This document shows positions 21,757-34,242 of a DNA stretch of 64,000 nt, one piece after another (positions within the stretch are counted from its first letter, which is position 1; each line of letters starts with the position of its first letter). The stretch comes from an uncultured Planctomycetaceae bacterium. Lineage in GTDB: Bacteria > Planctomycetota > Planctomycetia > Planctomycetales > Planctomycetaceae. A model generated the notes under the pieces. The model did no database searches and had not been told where the DNA came from. It was given only the letters and a program-made list of their open reading frames with translations. The translations under genes were made by a program, and so were the position numbers. The stretch lies in NCBI GenBank assembly GCA_963813715.1, contig CAWFAK010000009.1, positions 160,001 through 224,000 on the forward strand, read 5' to 3'.

Positions 21757-24156
21757 TCACTTTTCGTCGCGCCTCAATGATGAACAAGCTGCGCCTAGCG
21801 GTTGCGATTCTGCTGACCGCTCTTGTCCTTCCGGTCTGCTGGGGCCTGGCAATTGTCGCGGCCTCGACCGGAGGTCGCAGCATTGGCGCCTATACGCTCA
21901 TTTCGCTCGCGGCAACCTGTGTCGTCGTTGCCCTCAATTTTCACTTGAGTGGCCGACCGTCGTCCAAAGTTCGCGGATTCGCGGTGTTTGGCGCGGCCTT
22001 GATTCTCTGGGCCGCGGTCGTCGCCGGCTGGGTTGCCTTCTCGAACGGGCCTGCGCTTCCCGGTTGGCTCGTCTTTTTGGGGCTTTTTCCGGCCACCTTG
22101 TGGATCGCCTGGAGCGCGTGGATGTTTGTCGCTCCTCTGCGGTGGAGCCTACGGCTGGGTACGTTGGCGCTGTTCGCGTTATTGATCGCGCCGTTCGTCT
22201 ATTACTTCCAGATTGAGGGGGCCACCGCCAACGGACGGATCGACTTCGATCTTCGACCGCCGCACAGCCTCAGCCGAGTCGTTCGCTCCGCATTCGCCGA
22301 TCTCACCGGACGGGAAATCGTCCTCCTTCCCAAGAGCGAATCTCCGCCGCCTGACGCGGTGACCGGCGTCAAGAGCCTCTATACCAAGTACGAATATCGA
22401 ATCCCGATGCGGGACGGCAAACAGTTGTTTACGGCGGTTTATGTTCCGAAGGATGACGCAAAGCCTTATCCAATCCTGCTTTATCGGACCCCCTACAGCA
22501 TCCGACCCTACGGCGCCGATCAATTCCGCGAGCAGCTTGGTCCTTCGCCCCAGTTAGAGAAATCGGGCTACATCTTCGCTTATCAAGACGTGCGCGGCCG
22601 CTGGATGTCCGAGGGAGAGTTTGTGCACATGCGGCCGTGCAAAGACGTGAAGACGGGGCCCGCAGACGTCGACGAAAGTACGGACACGTACGACACCATC
22701 GACTGGCTGCTCAAGCACGTGCCCAACAATAACGGCAAGGTCGGCCTGTGGGGCATCTCCTATCCCGGGTTTTATGCGGCCGCCGGAATGATCGGCGCGC
22801 ACCCGCGCTGTTGGCCGTCTCTCCGCAAGCGCCGATCACGGACTGGTTCATGGGCGACGACTGGCACCACAACGGTGCATTGATTCTCGCGCACATGTTC
22901 AGCTTCATGTCGCGAAACGACAGGCCCCGCCCCGCTCCGACCAAAACGCTCGACACGACCTTCGACTACAAAACACCCGACGGCTACGCCTTTTTCATGA
23001 AGCTCGGTTCGTTGCTCGACGCCGGCCGACACTACCTCCGCGGCAAATCCACATTCTGGGATGAGTCGCTTCAGCACGGCACTTACGACGATTTTTGGAA
23101 GTCGCGGAATCTGCGACCACACATTCAGCACATCCAGCCGGCGGTGCTCACGGTGGGAGGCTGGTTCGACGCTGAGAACCTCTTTGGGTCGCTGGAGGTG
23201 TTCCGCGCCCTTGAGAAGAATTCGCCGGCGACGACCAGCGAGCTGGTGATGGGACCCTGGTCGCATGGCGGCTGGGCCGAGACCGACGGCGCGGCGCTGG
23301 GAGACGTTCACTTCGACACCAAGACCTCGGACTTCTACCGCAGCGAAATTGAATTCCCGTTCTTCGAGCACACCCTGAAGGGCAAGCCCCAGCCGCAGTG
23401 TCCAAAGGCTTGGATCTTTGAGACCGGTACCAACGTCTGGCGAAAATGGGCGAGCTGGCCCCCCCGAAACGCGCGCCCAAAGTCGTTCTATTTGCGCGAG
23501 AAGGGAAAACTCGAAGAAGTCGCCCCGGCGGGCTCGGGCGAAAATGCGACGGGCGAGTGGGACGAATACGTCAGCGATCCGTCACATCCAGTTCCTTACA
23601 CGGAGAAAATCGTTGCCCGCATGAGCAAGGACTACATGACGGCCGACCAGCGATTTGCGTCGCGCCGGCCCGATGTGTTGGTTTACACCAGCGATGTGCT
23701 GAAGAAAGACGTGACCGTCGCCGGACCGATCCAAGCCGATCTGTTCGTTTCGACCACAGGGACCGATTCGGATTGGATCGTCAAACTGATCGACGTTTAC
23801 CCGGACGAATATCCCGACCGTCCGGGCTCGGACACCCACATGGGCGGCTATCAACAACTGGTTCGCGGCGACGTCATGCGCGGCAAATTTCGCGAAAGTT
23901 TTGAAAAGCCTCAGCCGTTCGTTTCCGGTAAGCCGGAAAACTTGAAATTCACCTTGCAAGATATCTGCCACACGTTTCGGTCCGGACATCGGATCCTGGT
24001 GCAAGTGCAGTCGACATGGTTTCCCTTGGTGGACCGCAACCCGCAGACGTTCATGGACATCAACCGGCGCAGCCCAAGGACTTTCACCCCGCAACACAGC
24101 GGGTCTACCATTCACGCAATAGGGCGTCGCGACTTTCCGTCCTCGTTCTGCCGTGA
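21753..24156 (+). CDS. CocE/NonD family hydrolase (alpha-amino-acid ester hydrolase-like) with an N-terminal multi-TM extension (frameshifts ~22805, ~24067)
   Basis: IPMRDG, RTPY, QDVRGR, nucleophile GISYPGFY, GGWFDAE, MGPWSHG and QSTWFP. The corrected C-terminus is ATQRVYHS...VLVLP with stop at 24156. Confidence 0.85.
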
Positions 24157-24273
24157 GCGACTCGGAGCAAGGAGCCTTCTGCCGGCGCGGGGCAAATTCG
24201 TCGATTTCCGCTGCTTGCGAAGCCTAAGTCGCCGCCATAGGATCGACCAACAGTTCATTTTTGCGTGCTTCAC

Positions 24274-24819
24274 ATGCCCATCGCCGACAGCGTCAAGCTC
24301 GCCGCCAACGTCTCCATCCCCCAGCCATCGCTTGTCAATTTGTATGGCTGCAGTGTGGGAGAGGAGACCAAGATCGGCACGTTTGTGGAAATTCAGAAGA
24401 ATGCCCGTGTCGGTCGGAGGTGCAAGATCTCCTCGCACAGCTTCATTTGCGAGGGGGTGACGATTGAGGACGAAGTCTTTGTCGGCCACGGGGTGATCTT
24501 CACGAACGACATTTACCCGCGGGCGACCGATGATGCGGGACGCCTGCAGACCGATGCCGATTGGCAAGTGATCCCCACGCACGTCAAGTCCCGAGCCTCG
24601 ATCGGCAGTCACGCGACGATCCTTCCCGGGCTGACGGTCGGAACCGGCGCGCTCGTCGGCGCGGGAGCAGTCGTCACCCGCGACGTGCCTGATTTTGCCA
24701 TCGTCGTTGGCGTGCCAGCTCGCGTGGTCGGCGACGTGCGGACTCGTAACGTCCGCTCACACGCCGCAACCGCGCTCCGATCGAGTCAGGAGGACGTCCG
24801 GTCGGATCCGGCTGTTTAA
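24274..24819 (+). CDS. Hexapeptide-repeat N-acetyltransferase (WbpD/WlbB-like)
   Basis: [36 protein letters not shown] and [11 protein letters not shown]. Confidence 0.88.
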   Translation: MPIADSVKLAANVSIPQPSLVNLYGCSVGEETKIGTFVEIQKNARVGRRCKISSHSFICEGVTIEDEVFVGHGVIFTNDIYPRATDDAGRLQTDADWQVIPTHVKSRASIGSHATILPGLTVGTGALVGAGAVVTRDVPDFAIVVGVPARVVGDVRTRNVRSHAATALRSSQEDVRSDPAV

Positions 24820-24862
24820 CATTTCTTGCCCCGGCACCGCCATCTCTTCGGGACCCGCGACA

Positions 24863-25959
24863 ATGATTCCACTGGTCGACCTGCAAGCTCAGTACCGCAG
24901 CATCAAAGCCGAGGTCGATCTCGCTGTGGCCCGGGTCATGGAAAACGGGCAATTCATTTTGGGCCCTGAGGTCGAGGCATTTGAAACCGAGTTCGCCGCG
25001 TTCTGTGGGGCGAAGTTTGCCGTGGGACTCAACTCGGGGACGAGCGCCCTGCACTTGGCGCTCTTGGCCGCGGGAATTGGGGCGGGGGACGAAGTGATTA
25101 CCGTCCCGATGACGTTTGTGGCCACCGTCGCGGCCATTCTTTACACCGGGGCGCGGCCCGTCTTCGTCGATATTGATTCTCAGTCGTGCACGATGGATCC
25201 CGAGCGTTTGGAAGCCGCCGTCACGCCGCGGACCAAGGCGATCCTCCCCGTGCATCTTTACGGTCGCGTGGCGGAGATGGATCCGATCATGGCCGTTGCG
25301 AAACGCCACAATCTGCTGGTGATTGAAGACGCGGCGCAGGCCCACGCGGCGGCCTATCACGGGCGTAAGGCCGGGACGATCGGTGCGATTGGCTGCTTTA
25401 GCTTTTATCCGGGAAAGAACCTGGGCGCCTACGGGGAAGCGGGCGCCGTGGTGACCGACGATCCCGAGATCGGCGCACGATCCGGATGCTGCGGAACTGG
25501 GGGCAGGAGCGGCGGCACCACCACGAACGCAACGGCTATAACTATCGACTCGAAGGGATGCAGGCCGCCGTCTTGCGCGTGAAGTTGCGACGGCTCGGCG
25601 ACTGGACGGAAGCCCGCCGCGCGCATGCCCGTCTCTACGATCGCCTGCTGGCGGACGGCCCCGTGGCAACGCCCGCCGTCGCCCCGGACGGGCAGCACGT
25701 CTATCACATTTATGGCGTGCGGACGAACCGCCGAGACGAAGTTCTGGCCCAGCTCGAAAAGCAAGGAATTCAGGCATCCGTCCATTACCCCTTCCCCGTG
25801 CACCTGCAACGCGGTTACGCCGAACTAGGCTATCGGGAAGGCGATTTTCCGGTCTCAGAAGCACTCGCCCGGGAAGAGCTTTCGCTCCCCTTATATCCCG
25901 AATTGACCGAGGAACAGATTCGCACAGTCGCGACTGCTGTTCGAAACGCGACCCGGTGA
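24863..25959 (+). CDS. DegT/DnrJ sugar aminotransferase (WbpE/WlbC-like; frameshift ~25478)
   Basis: [17 protein letters not shown] and [14 protein letters not shown], continuing LRNWG..GYNYRLE..HY..P.HLQ. Confidence 0.9.
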
Positions 25960-26062
25960 TCATCGGCCATCCGGTCACGCGCGCGAGCACTCGCCTGGTG
26001 GACGGGAAAGAAACTCTCCGCAGCGCCAACCCGACTGGTTTGTGACGCGCGCCGTCTCGCCC

Positions 26063-26811
26063 CTATGCCTTGCGGGCATAGGTGATCAGAAACGAGCCGA
26101 ACCGGTCGCGCAAGAGCGGCAGATCAAAGCAGCGATCAAAGAGGTTGTAAGCCGGCAGGAACATGAGCGCCGCGCGGCTGGCGATGTGCTTGTAGGCGAT
26201 GCCGGAAATCGCCGAGACCTCCACTTGGACGAAGGGCTCGACCTGAAAGGCCCGATAAAGCGCGGCTTTGGCCAGCGGTTCTTCGTTCTCGGTCACACCC
26301 TTCGACGAGTAAAAAGGGGACCTTTTGCAGCGATACATCCACATGGCCGGGTTGCCGCGATGCGGATCGCAGGCGAGGAGAATTCCGCCCGGTTTGAGAA
26401 TTCGCCCGCACTCGGCCACGGTACGCGTCAGGTCGGGAAAGTGGTGCAGCACGGAGCTGAGAAAGACGACGTCGAAGTCCCCGGCGGGGAAGGGGGTCGC
26501 CTCGATGTCTCCCAAGTGAAAACTAATCTGCGGAAACTTGTGCGCGGCGCGTGCCACGCTCTGGGGCGAAATGTCGACGCCGTGCAGGTCGAAACCGTAG
26601 CGCTGCAGCCGCGACGTGAACGCACCTGTGCCACAGCCCAGGTCGACTGCCTTGAGAGTGCCCGGGCGGGAAGAGATCAACGGCTGCAGATGAGCGTCGA
26701 AAGCGCGCAGAATCCGCTCGTACCCGCGGTGAGTAAAGACTTCATAGTCGCGGTGCCGCGTGAGGTCGTCAAAAAAGGTAATCTCCGCCGATTTCTGCTG
26801 CGCACGGCCAT
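26063..26811 (-). CDS. Class I SAM-dependent methyltransferase (start uncertain; probable indel near 26805)
   Basis: VDLGCGTG, GVDIS, FDVV..VLHH and RILKPGG. The frame stays open upstream of the ORF-track start (QQKSAEITFFDDL...), and ATG 26811 is one base out of frame. Confidence 0.82.
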
Positions 26812-27252
26812 TTTTTGTTGGGCGCCGTCGGTTTTCGGCTGTGCGGTGCTGGCTTTCTGAGCGGGGATCGAAGAGTTTGACAATGAAGCGTCGTTCCGAA
26901 TCGAGATGCGTCGTTCCGAATGGGCTTCAACCGAGACAGTGAGGCGGGCACGGCGGCCGGCCTGCAGGCGTCATCGCGGACCGGGCGTTTGTCGGGTAAT
27001 TTGCCAGAATACCATCCACTTCGACTTGCCGGAACCGAGGCGATAGAGACGGCCAATCGGCCGGCGCATGGCCCGATCAGCCGCCGACCGGGGGAACGCT
27101 CCGATCAGAAACGCACTAGGCTGCAAGGGTCGCTTCGACGTAGTATTTTCTAGGGTACCAGTAGATTATGTCGGTACCGGTTGGGTGTTGGCAGATCTGT
27201 CGACGTCCGCCAGTTTCTCTGAAGCCCTCTCAAGTCGCTGAGGCGTTCCGAT

Positions 27253-28905
<1,653 letters not shown>

Positions 28906-28909
<4 letters not shown>

Positions 28910-30036
28910 TCGCACAAGCGGCGACGCCGCGGGTGGTGCTGGCGAAGATCGGGCTCGACGGACACGACCGCGGCGTGAAGGTCGTGGCCCGCGGTCTGCG
29001 CGATGCCGGCTTTCACGTGATCTACGCCGGCCTCTGGCAGCCGATCGAGGCGGTCGTCCAAACCGTACTGGACGAGGACGCCGACTGGCTGGGCATCAGC
29101 CTTTTGAGCGGCGCCCACATGACGCTCATCCCGCCGCTGATGGACAAGCTGCGGCAGAACGGTCTCGACCGCGTCGGCGTGCTCATCGGCGGCATCATCC
29201 CGGAAAAAGACGTTCCGAAGCTGCTCGAGCTGGGCGTGCGATCCGTCGCCGGACCCGGCACCACGATTCCGGAGATTGTCGAGCGGATGCACCAACCGGA
29301 AGAGCATCCGGCGGTCGAGGACCTGATCCGCCGTTTTCGCCAAAAAGATCGCCGCGCGCTGGCCCGCTTGCTGACGCTGGCATCGCGGGGCGAAGCGCTC
29401 GACGCGCTGCGGCACGAATTGGCCGAGCGGCCGAAGAGTTGTCGAGTGGCCGCCTTCACCGGCAGCGGCGGCGTGGGAAAGAGTAGCCTGATCGGCCGGT
29501 CGGTCGAGCTGCTGCGCTCGCGGAACCAGTCAGTGGCCGTGCTGTGTTGCGACCCGGAAAGCCCGCTCACCGGCGGCGCGCTCCTGGGGGACCGCTTGCG
29601 AATTGCCAAGCCGGCCGACGACGCGGGCGTCTTCATCCGCAGCCTGGCCACGCCCGGAGGGCAGCAGGCGATCGCCAAGAATCTCGACGTGATGATGGCC
29701 CTGCTCGCGGCCTACGGCTTCGACACGGTGATTCTCGAAACGGTCGGAGCTGGGCAGGGAGACACAGCCGTCCGCGAGCAAAGCGACGTGCTGGTGGTCC
29801 TGCTGCAGCCGGAATCGGGCGACGAGCTGCAATGGGAAAAAGCCGGCCTGCTGGAAGTGGCCGACATCGTCGTGGTGCACAAGGCCGACCTGCCGGGATC
29901 CGACCGGATGGCGGCCCAGGTCCACGAACATCTGAATTTACCGGGCGCTCGCCCGATTCCCGTACTCAAGGCAAGCGCGGCCAAGGGGCAGGGACTCGAA
30001 GAATTATGGGCGAAGATCGAAGAGCCGCGGGGCTGA
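28906..30036 (+). CDS. Fusion of a cobalamin-binding small subunit and a MeaB/ArgK-like GTPase
   Basis: N-terminal GLDGHDRG...SLLSGAH...GGII. C-terminal [29 protein letters not shown] and HKAD. One uninterrupted ORF. Confidence 0.88.
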
Positions 30037-31680
30037 ACGGACTGCCGTTTTCGACTGAGCGAATTCGCGGGCGGGCCGACTACGACCGCGTGCGCTCCGA
30101 GTTTCGCTGGCAATGCCCGGAGAATTTCAACTTCGGGTTCGACGTCGTCGATGGGTGGGCGGCCACCTCGCCGGACCACACCGCGCTGCACTGGGTCGGT
30201 CCGGGCGGCGAGCAAACGATTACGTACGGCCAGCTCGCCGATCGCTCCGGTCGCTTCGCGCGGGCCGTCCGGTCGCTGCCCATCGCACCGGGCGATCGCG
30301 TGCTCGTCATTCTGCCTCGTGTGCCCGAGTGGTGGGAGGCTTTGATCGGCTTGCTCAAGGCGGGCGTGATTGCCATCCCGGGCACCACCCTGCTCACTCC
30401 CAAAGATCTGGCCTATCGGATCGAATTGGCCGGAGTCACCGCCGTCATCACTGACGTGGAAGGTGCCGAAAAAATCGACGCGATGGGCAACGCGCCGACG
30501 GGGCTCAAGCAGCGAATTCTCGTCGGCACAGAGACGCGGCCTGGCTGGCAGTCGTACGCCGAGCTGCTGGCGGCCCAACCGGCGCCGCTGGAGCGATTGG
30601 CCACGCGGTGCGACGATCCGGCTCTCGTCTATTTCACGTCGGGCACGACGGGCATGCCGAAAATGGTGCTGCACACGCACGCCAGTTACGGCATCGGCCA
30701 TCAGATCACCGGGCGATTCTGGCTCGATCTGACGCCGGATGACCTGCACTGGAACGTGTCGGACACCGGCTGGGCCAAGGCCGCCTGGTCGAGCGTCTTC
30801 GGGCCTCTCGGTTGCGGGACCAGCCTGTTCGTCCATCATACGCCGGGCAAATTCCAGCCGGCCGACGTGCTCGACTGCCTCACTCGCTATCCGATCACCA
30901 CACTGTGTGCCGCTCCGACGATCTATCGCTTCCTGGTGAAGCTCGACCTGAGCTCGTTTCGACCGGCCGCGCTACGGCACTGCGTGGCGGCGGGCGAACC
31001 CCTCAATCCCGAAGTGATCAACGTCTGGAAGCAGGCGACCGGACTGACGATCCGCGACGGCTACGGCCAGACCGAAACGGTGCTCGTCTGCGGCAACTTC
31101 CCCGGAGTGAACGTGAAGCCTGGCTCGATGGGCCTCCCGTCTCCCGGTTTCGACCTGGCCGTGATCGACGACGAAGGCCGCCGCAAACCTGTCGGCGAAG
31201 ACGGCGACCTGGCACTGCGCATCGAGCCCGAGCGTCCCGCTCGGCTTGTTTCGGGAATACTGGCGCGACCCGCAAGCCACGGCAAACGCCTTTCGGCAAG
31301 GCTGGTATCGCACGGGCGATTGCGGGCATGTCGATGCCGAGGGCTACTTCTGGTTCGCCAGCCGCGCCGACGACGTGATCAACAGCTCGGCCTATCGCAT
31401 CGGGCCGTTCGAGGTGGAGAGCGCACTCGTCGAACATCGGGCCGTCGTCGAGGCGGCGGTCGTCGGCAAGGCCGACGCGGAGCGAGGCGAAATCGTCAAG
31501 GCGTTCGTCGTGCTGGCCAAAGGACACATAGCCTCGGAGTCGCTCAAACACGAGCTGCAAGAGCACGTCAAACACACGACCGCGCCCTACAAATATCCGC
31601 GCGAGATCGAGTTCGTCGACGAGCTGCCCAAAACGGTCAGCGGCAAAATCCGTCGCGTCGACCTGCGCAATCGCCATTGA
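30006..31680 (+). CDS. Medium/short-chain acyl-CoA synthetase (AMP-binding; frameshift ~31240; start uncertain)
   Basis: FNFGFDVVD, YFTSGTTGMPK, SDTGWAK, DGYGQTET, YRTGD, RIGPFEVES, PYKYPR and PKTVSGKI. Confidence 0.9.
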
Positions 31681-31936
31681 GCCGACGAGTCGTTCAGCAA
31701 CCTGGCCATCCTCGATATTGCCGATCTCGAAAATCAACCCGGGATCATCCACGTCAACGACCAGCCTCTGTGCAGCCATGAGACGTACCTGGTCGTCAAT
31801 CAACCGTTACAGAACCCGGTGCCGGGGGCCGAAGAGCCGCTTCACGCAAGTGCGCGGCCTCGGGATGGGGGCCATTGGCGGAGCGATACCCGCCCTGTCG
31901 GCCGTCCGGCTCAAGCCGTTCGAGGCCCTGCGGTAA
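31681..31936 (+). pseudogene. Internally deleted remnant of an ABC transporter permease (FtsX/MacB-like)
   Basis: No start codon. ADESFSNL..DI.DLENQPG...[14 protein letters not shown] is followed, in another frame, by a permease-like C-terminus [24 protein letters not shown]. Confidence 0.5.
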
Positions 31937-32039
31937 CGCGGCCGGGGGAGTTCCGCGGACACTCCGCGTTTTGATTGCTCTTTGCGACTTCGGGCAGGCG
32001 GAATACATTGGGGATTCCGAGTCTTTTGGGACCTTGCCG

Positions 32040-32891
32040 ATGACCGAGCAATTTGCGGCCGCGCCCGAGTTCACCGCCAGCGAACTGCGCCCGTACACGC
32101 GGGCCTGGTACGAGGCCCAGCGCCGCGCGCTGGGCGAGGCCGGCTGTCGTCAGCTAGGTTTTTACGAAATCCCTGAACACTTGCTCTTGTCGGTCGTGAT
32201 CCCCGTTTACAACGAGGAACGGACGCTTCGCGACCTGGTCGAGCGGGTGTGCGCGGTCCCGGTCCGCAAAGAGCTGGTGCTCGTCGACGACTGCAGTAAA
32301 GACGGCACCCGCGACATCCTCCGCGAGCTGGCCGATCGCAAAGATCAGGATCCGCTCAACACCTTCTCGGTCCACTATCACGAGGTCAATCGCGGGAAGG
32401 GGGGAGCCCTGATGACGGGCTTCCGCGCCGCCCAGGGGGACGTCGTCATCATTCAGGACGCCGACCTGGAATACGATCCGTCGGAATTCCCGCGGCTCTT
32501 GCAGCCGATCGTCGAAGACAAGGCCGACGTGGTCTACGGCAGTCGCTTTCTGGGCGACCACCCGCATCGAGTGCTCTACTTCTGGCACTACCTGGGCAAT
32601 AAGCTTTTAACGACCCTGTCGAACTGCTTCACCAATCTGAACCTGACCGACATGGAGACCTGCTACAAGGTCTTCAAGCGGGAGGTGCTCGAGTCGATTG
32701 GTCCGACGCTCCGCCAGAATCGCTTCGGCATCGAGCCCGAGATCACCGCCAAGATCGCCCGCCGCCGCTACCGCGTGTTCGAGCTGTCGATCAGCTATTC
32801 GGGACGGACGTACGAGGAAGGCAAACACATCGGCCTGAAGGATGCCTTCAAGGCCGTGTGGTGTATCGTGCGATACGGCCTGGCTGACTGA
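32040..32891 (+). CDS. GT2 glycosyltransferase (DPM1-like)
   Basis: [47 protein letters not shown] and FGIEPEIT. Confidence 0.92.
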   Translation: MTEQFAAAPEFTASELRPYTRAWYEAQRRALGEAGCRQLGFYEIPEHLLLSVVIPVYNEERTLRDLVERVCAVPVRKELVLVDDCSKDGTRDILRELADRKDQDPLNTFSVHYHEVNRGKGGALMTGFRAAQGDVVIIQDADLEYDPSEFPRLLQPIVEDKADVVYGSRFLGDHPHRVLYFWHYLGNKLLTTLSNCFTNLNLTDMETCYKVFKREVLESIGPTLRQNRFGIEPEITAKIARRRYRVFELSISYSGRTYEEGKHIGLKDAFKAVWCIVRYGLAD

Positions 32892-32892
32892 G

Positions 32893-33969
32893 TCACTTCG
32901 TCCGCAAATCGGCCGTCCGCTCTTCATTCGCCGTCGGCATGATCGGCTTCCGCACACCGTTCTTGCGGAAGTGGCCCGTCTGGAGGTATCGCACTGTCGC
33001 GTCAATGGCTTCGGGATTGCTGGTTAGAAAGTGGTGCATCGCTCGCACCATCAGGAAGTCGGACGCTCCGGCGAGACGCGTACTTTCGACGCTGACGATC
33101 AGGTCGTTGTCGCCGGGAACGAGCGGGTTGTAGCCATCGGATCCTCGTCCGCCCGCGATTACGGCAAACTCGCACGGCGGAATCGGCAAACCGGCGATGG
33201 GGCTATTGTTGCCGGTCACCAGTTGCTGGCCGGCCGGTCCCATGATCAGGCGATAGGCGGCGTTTCTCCGCAGCATATCGGCCATTTCGGCCCCGCGGTT
33301 GGGCGTGCCCAGCATCACCAGCCGTCGGACACGAAGATCATCGTGGTTTTGAAACCAGGACCGCACGACCAACCCGCCCATGCTATGCACGACGAAGTCG
33401 ATCTCCTCGACTCCGCGCAGCGATTGAATCACACGATCGAGATACCCGGCCGCCTGCGCGATGTCGATCCGCGTGCTCGGGTAGTCGAAGGGGACGGGCA
33501 TGTAGCCGGCTTTTTCCAGCGCGGGGTACATGGCGTTGAACGTCTTCGACGACTTCGTGATGCCGTGAATTTCGATGACCGCCTTGCCGGACATCGGCGG
33601 TAGCTTTTGCTTGACCTTCATCTCCTCGAGCTTGTCGCAGCAGGTTTTGTAGGAGCCGAAGGCAAAGCGGTTGTCCCGCGGATCGAGCAGGCGGTAGTGT
33701 TCGGTGAAAACGTTCTGTTGAATCCGCCAGCCGCGGAAGAATCTGACGTCGCCCCAGAACTGCCGGCCGCCCATCGTCTTCATCATTTTGTCCCAGGCCG
33801 AATTCTTCCCGTGCTTCGGCATCGGCGGCAAGTCGTCGGCCAGCTCGGCCGTTTCGTCGGGGTCGTCACCGCTCTGGGCCAAAGCCGGCCGGTTTACCCC
33901 GTGCATAAGGAGCAGGGCCAGCGCAATCACGCAGCAAACTCGAGTGCAATTCCCGATGTTATTCCGCAC
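32893..33969 (-). CDS. Secreted alpha/beta-fold esterase/lipase-like protein
   Basis: Signal peptide, TMGGRQFWGD, HGI, VHSMGG and MLGTPNRG. GTG 33969 has a GGAAGG RBS. Confidence 0.82.
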   Translation of the reverse strand: MRNNIGNCTRVCCVIALALLLMHGVNRPALAQSGDDPDETAELADDLPPMPKHGKNSAWDKMMKTMGGRQFWGDVRFFRGWRIQQNVFTEHYRLLDPRDNRFAFGSYKTCCDKLEEMKVKQKLPPMSGKAVIEIHGITKSSKTFNAMYPALEKAGYMPVPFDYPSTRIDIAQAAGYLDRVIQSLRGVEEIDFVVHSMGGLVVRSWFQNHDDLRVRRLVMLGTPNRGAEMADMLRRNAAYRLIMGPAGQQLVTGNNSPIAGLPIPPCEFAVIAGGRGSDGYNPLVPGDNDLIVSVESTRLAGASDFLMVRAMHHFLTSNPEAIDATVRYLQTGHFRKNGVRKPIMPTANEERTADLRTK

Positions 33970-34242
33970 GCGGATTCCTTCCTGCCGGACCGGGGACGGA
34001 GGCGAATCATAAGCAGATACGCCCACGTCGTCGCGGCCAGTTTGGATCCGAATCGGGAAAACCCGCGGGCACATTCGTGGGGCGTGACGAGCGTCCGCAT
34101 ATCACGCAGTTTGAGCCAAATCTCACCGAATTGCCTGGATTTCCGGCTCTTCGCTGCCACCGGGCCACTTCGGCGCGAAATCTTCAGCTAACGAATGGGT
34201 CACCTGATTGGCGCAGGTGATTGCACGGCGATCGCAGTGCGG

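Noticed and set aside
26920..27252. Cobalamin riboswitch upstream of the mutase
   Set aside because: No recognisable B12-box or GCCACTG core by eye. An Rfam scan would be needed to exclude it fully.
29544..31781. 745-aa ORF as a novel fusion
   Set aside because: Only the middle is the acyl-CoA synthetase. The ends are out-of-frame overlap with the MeaB fusion and read-through after a frameshift.
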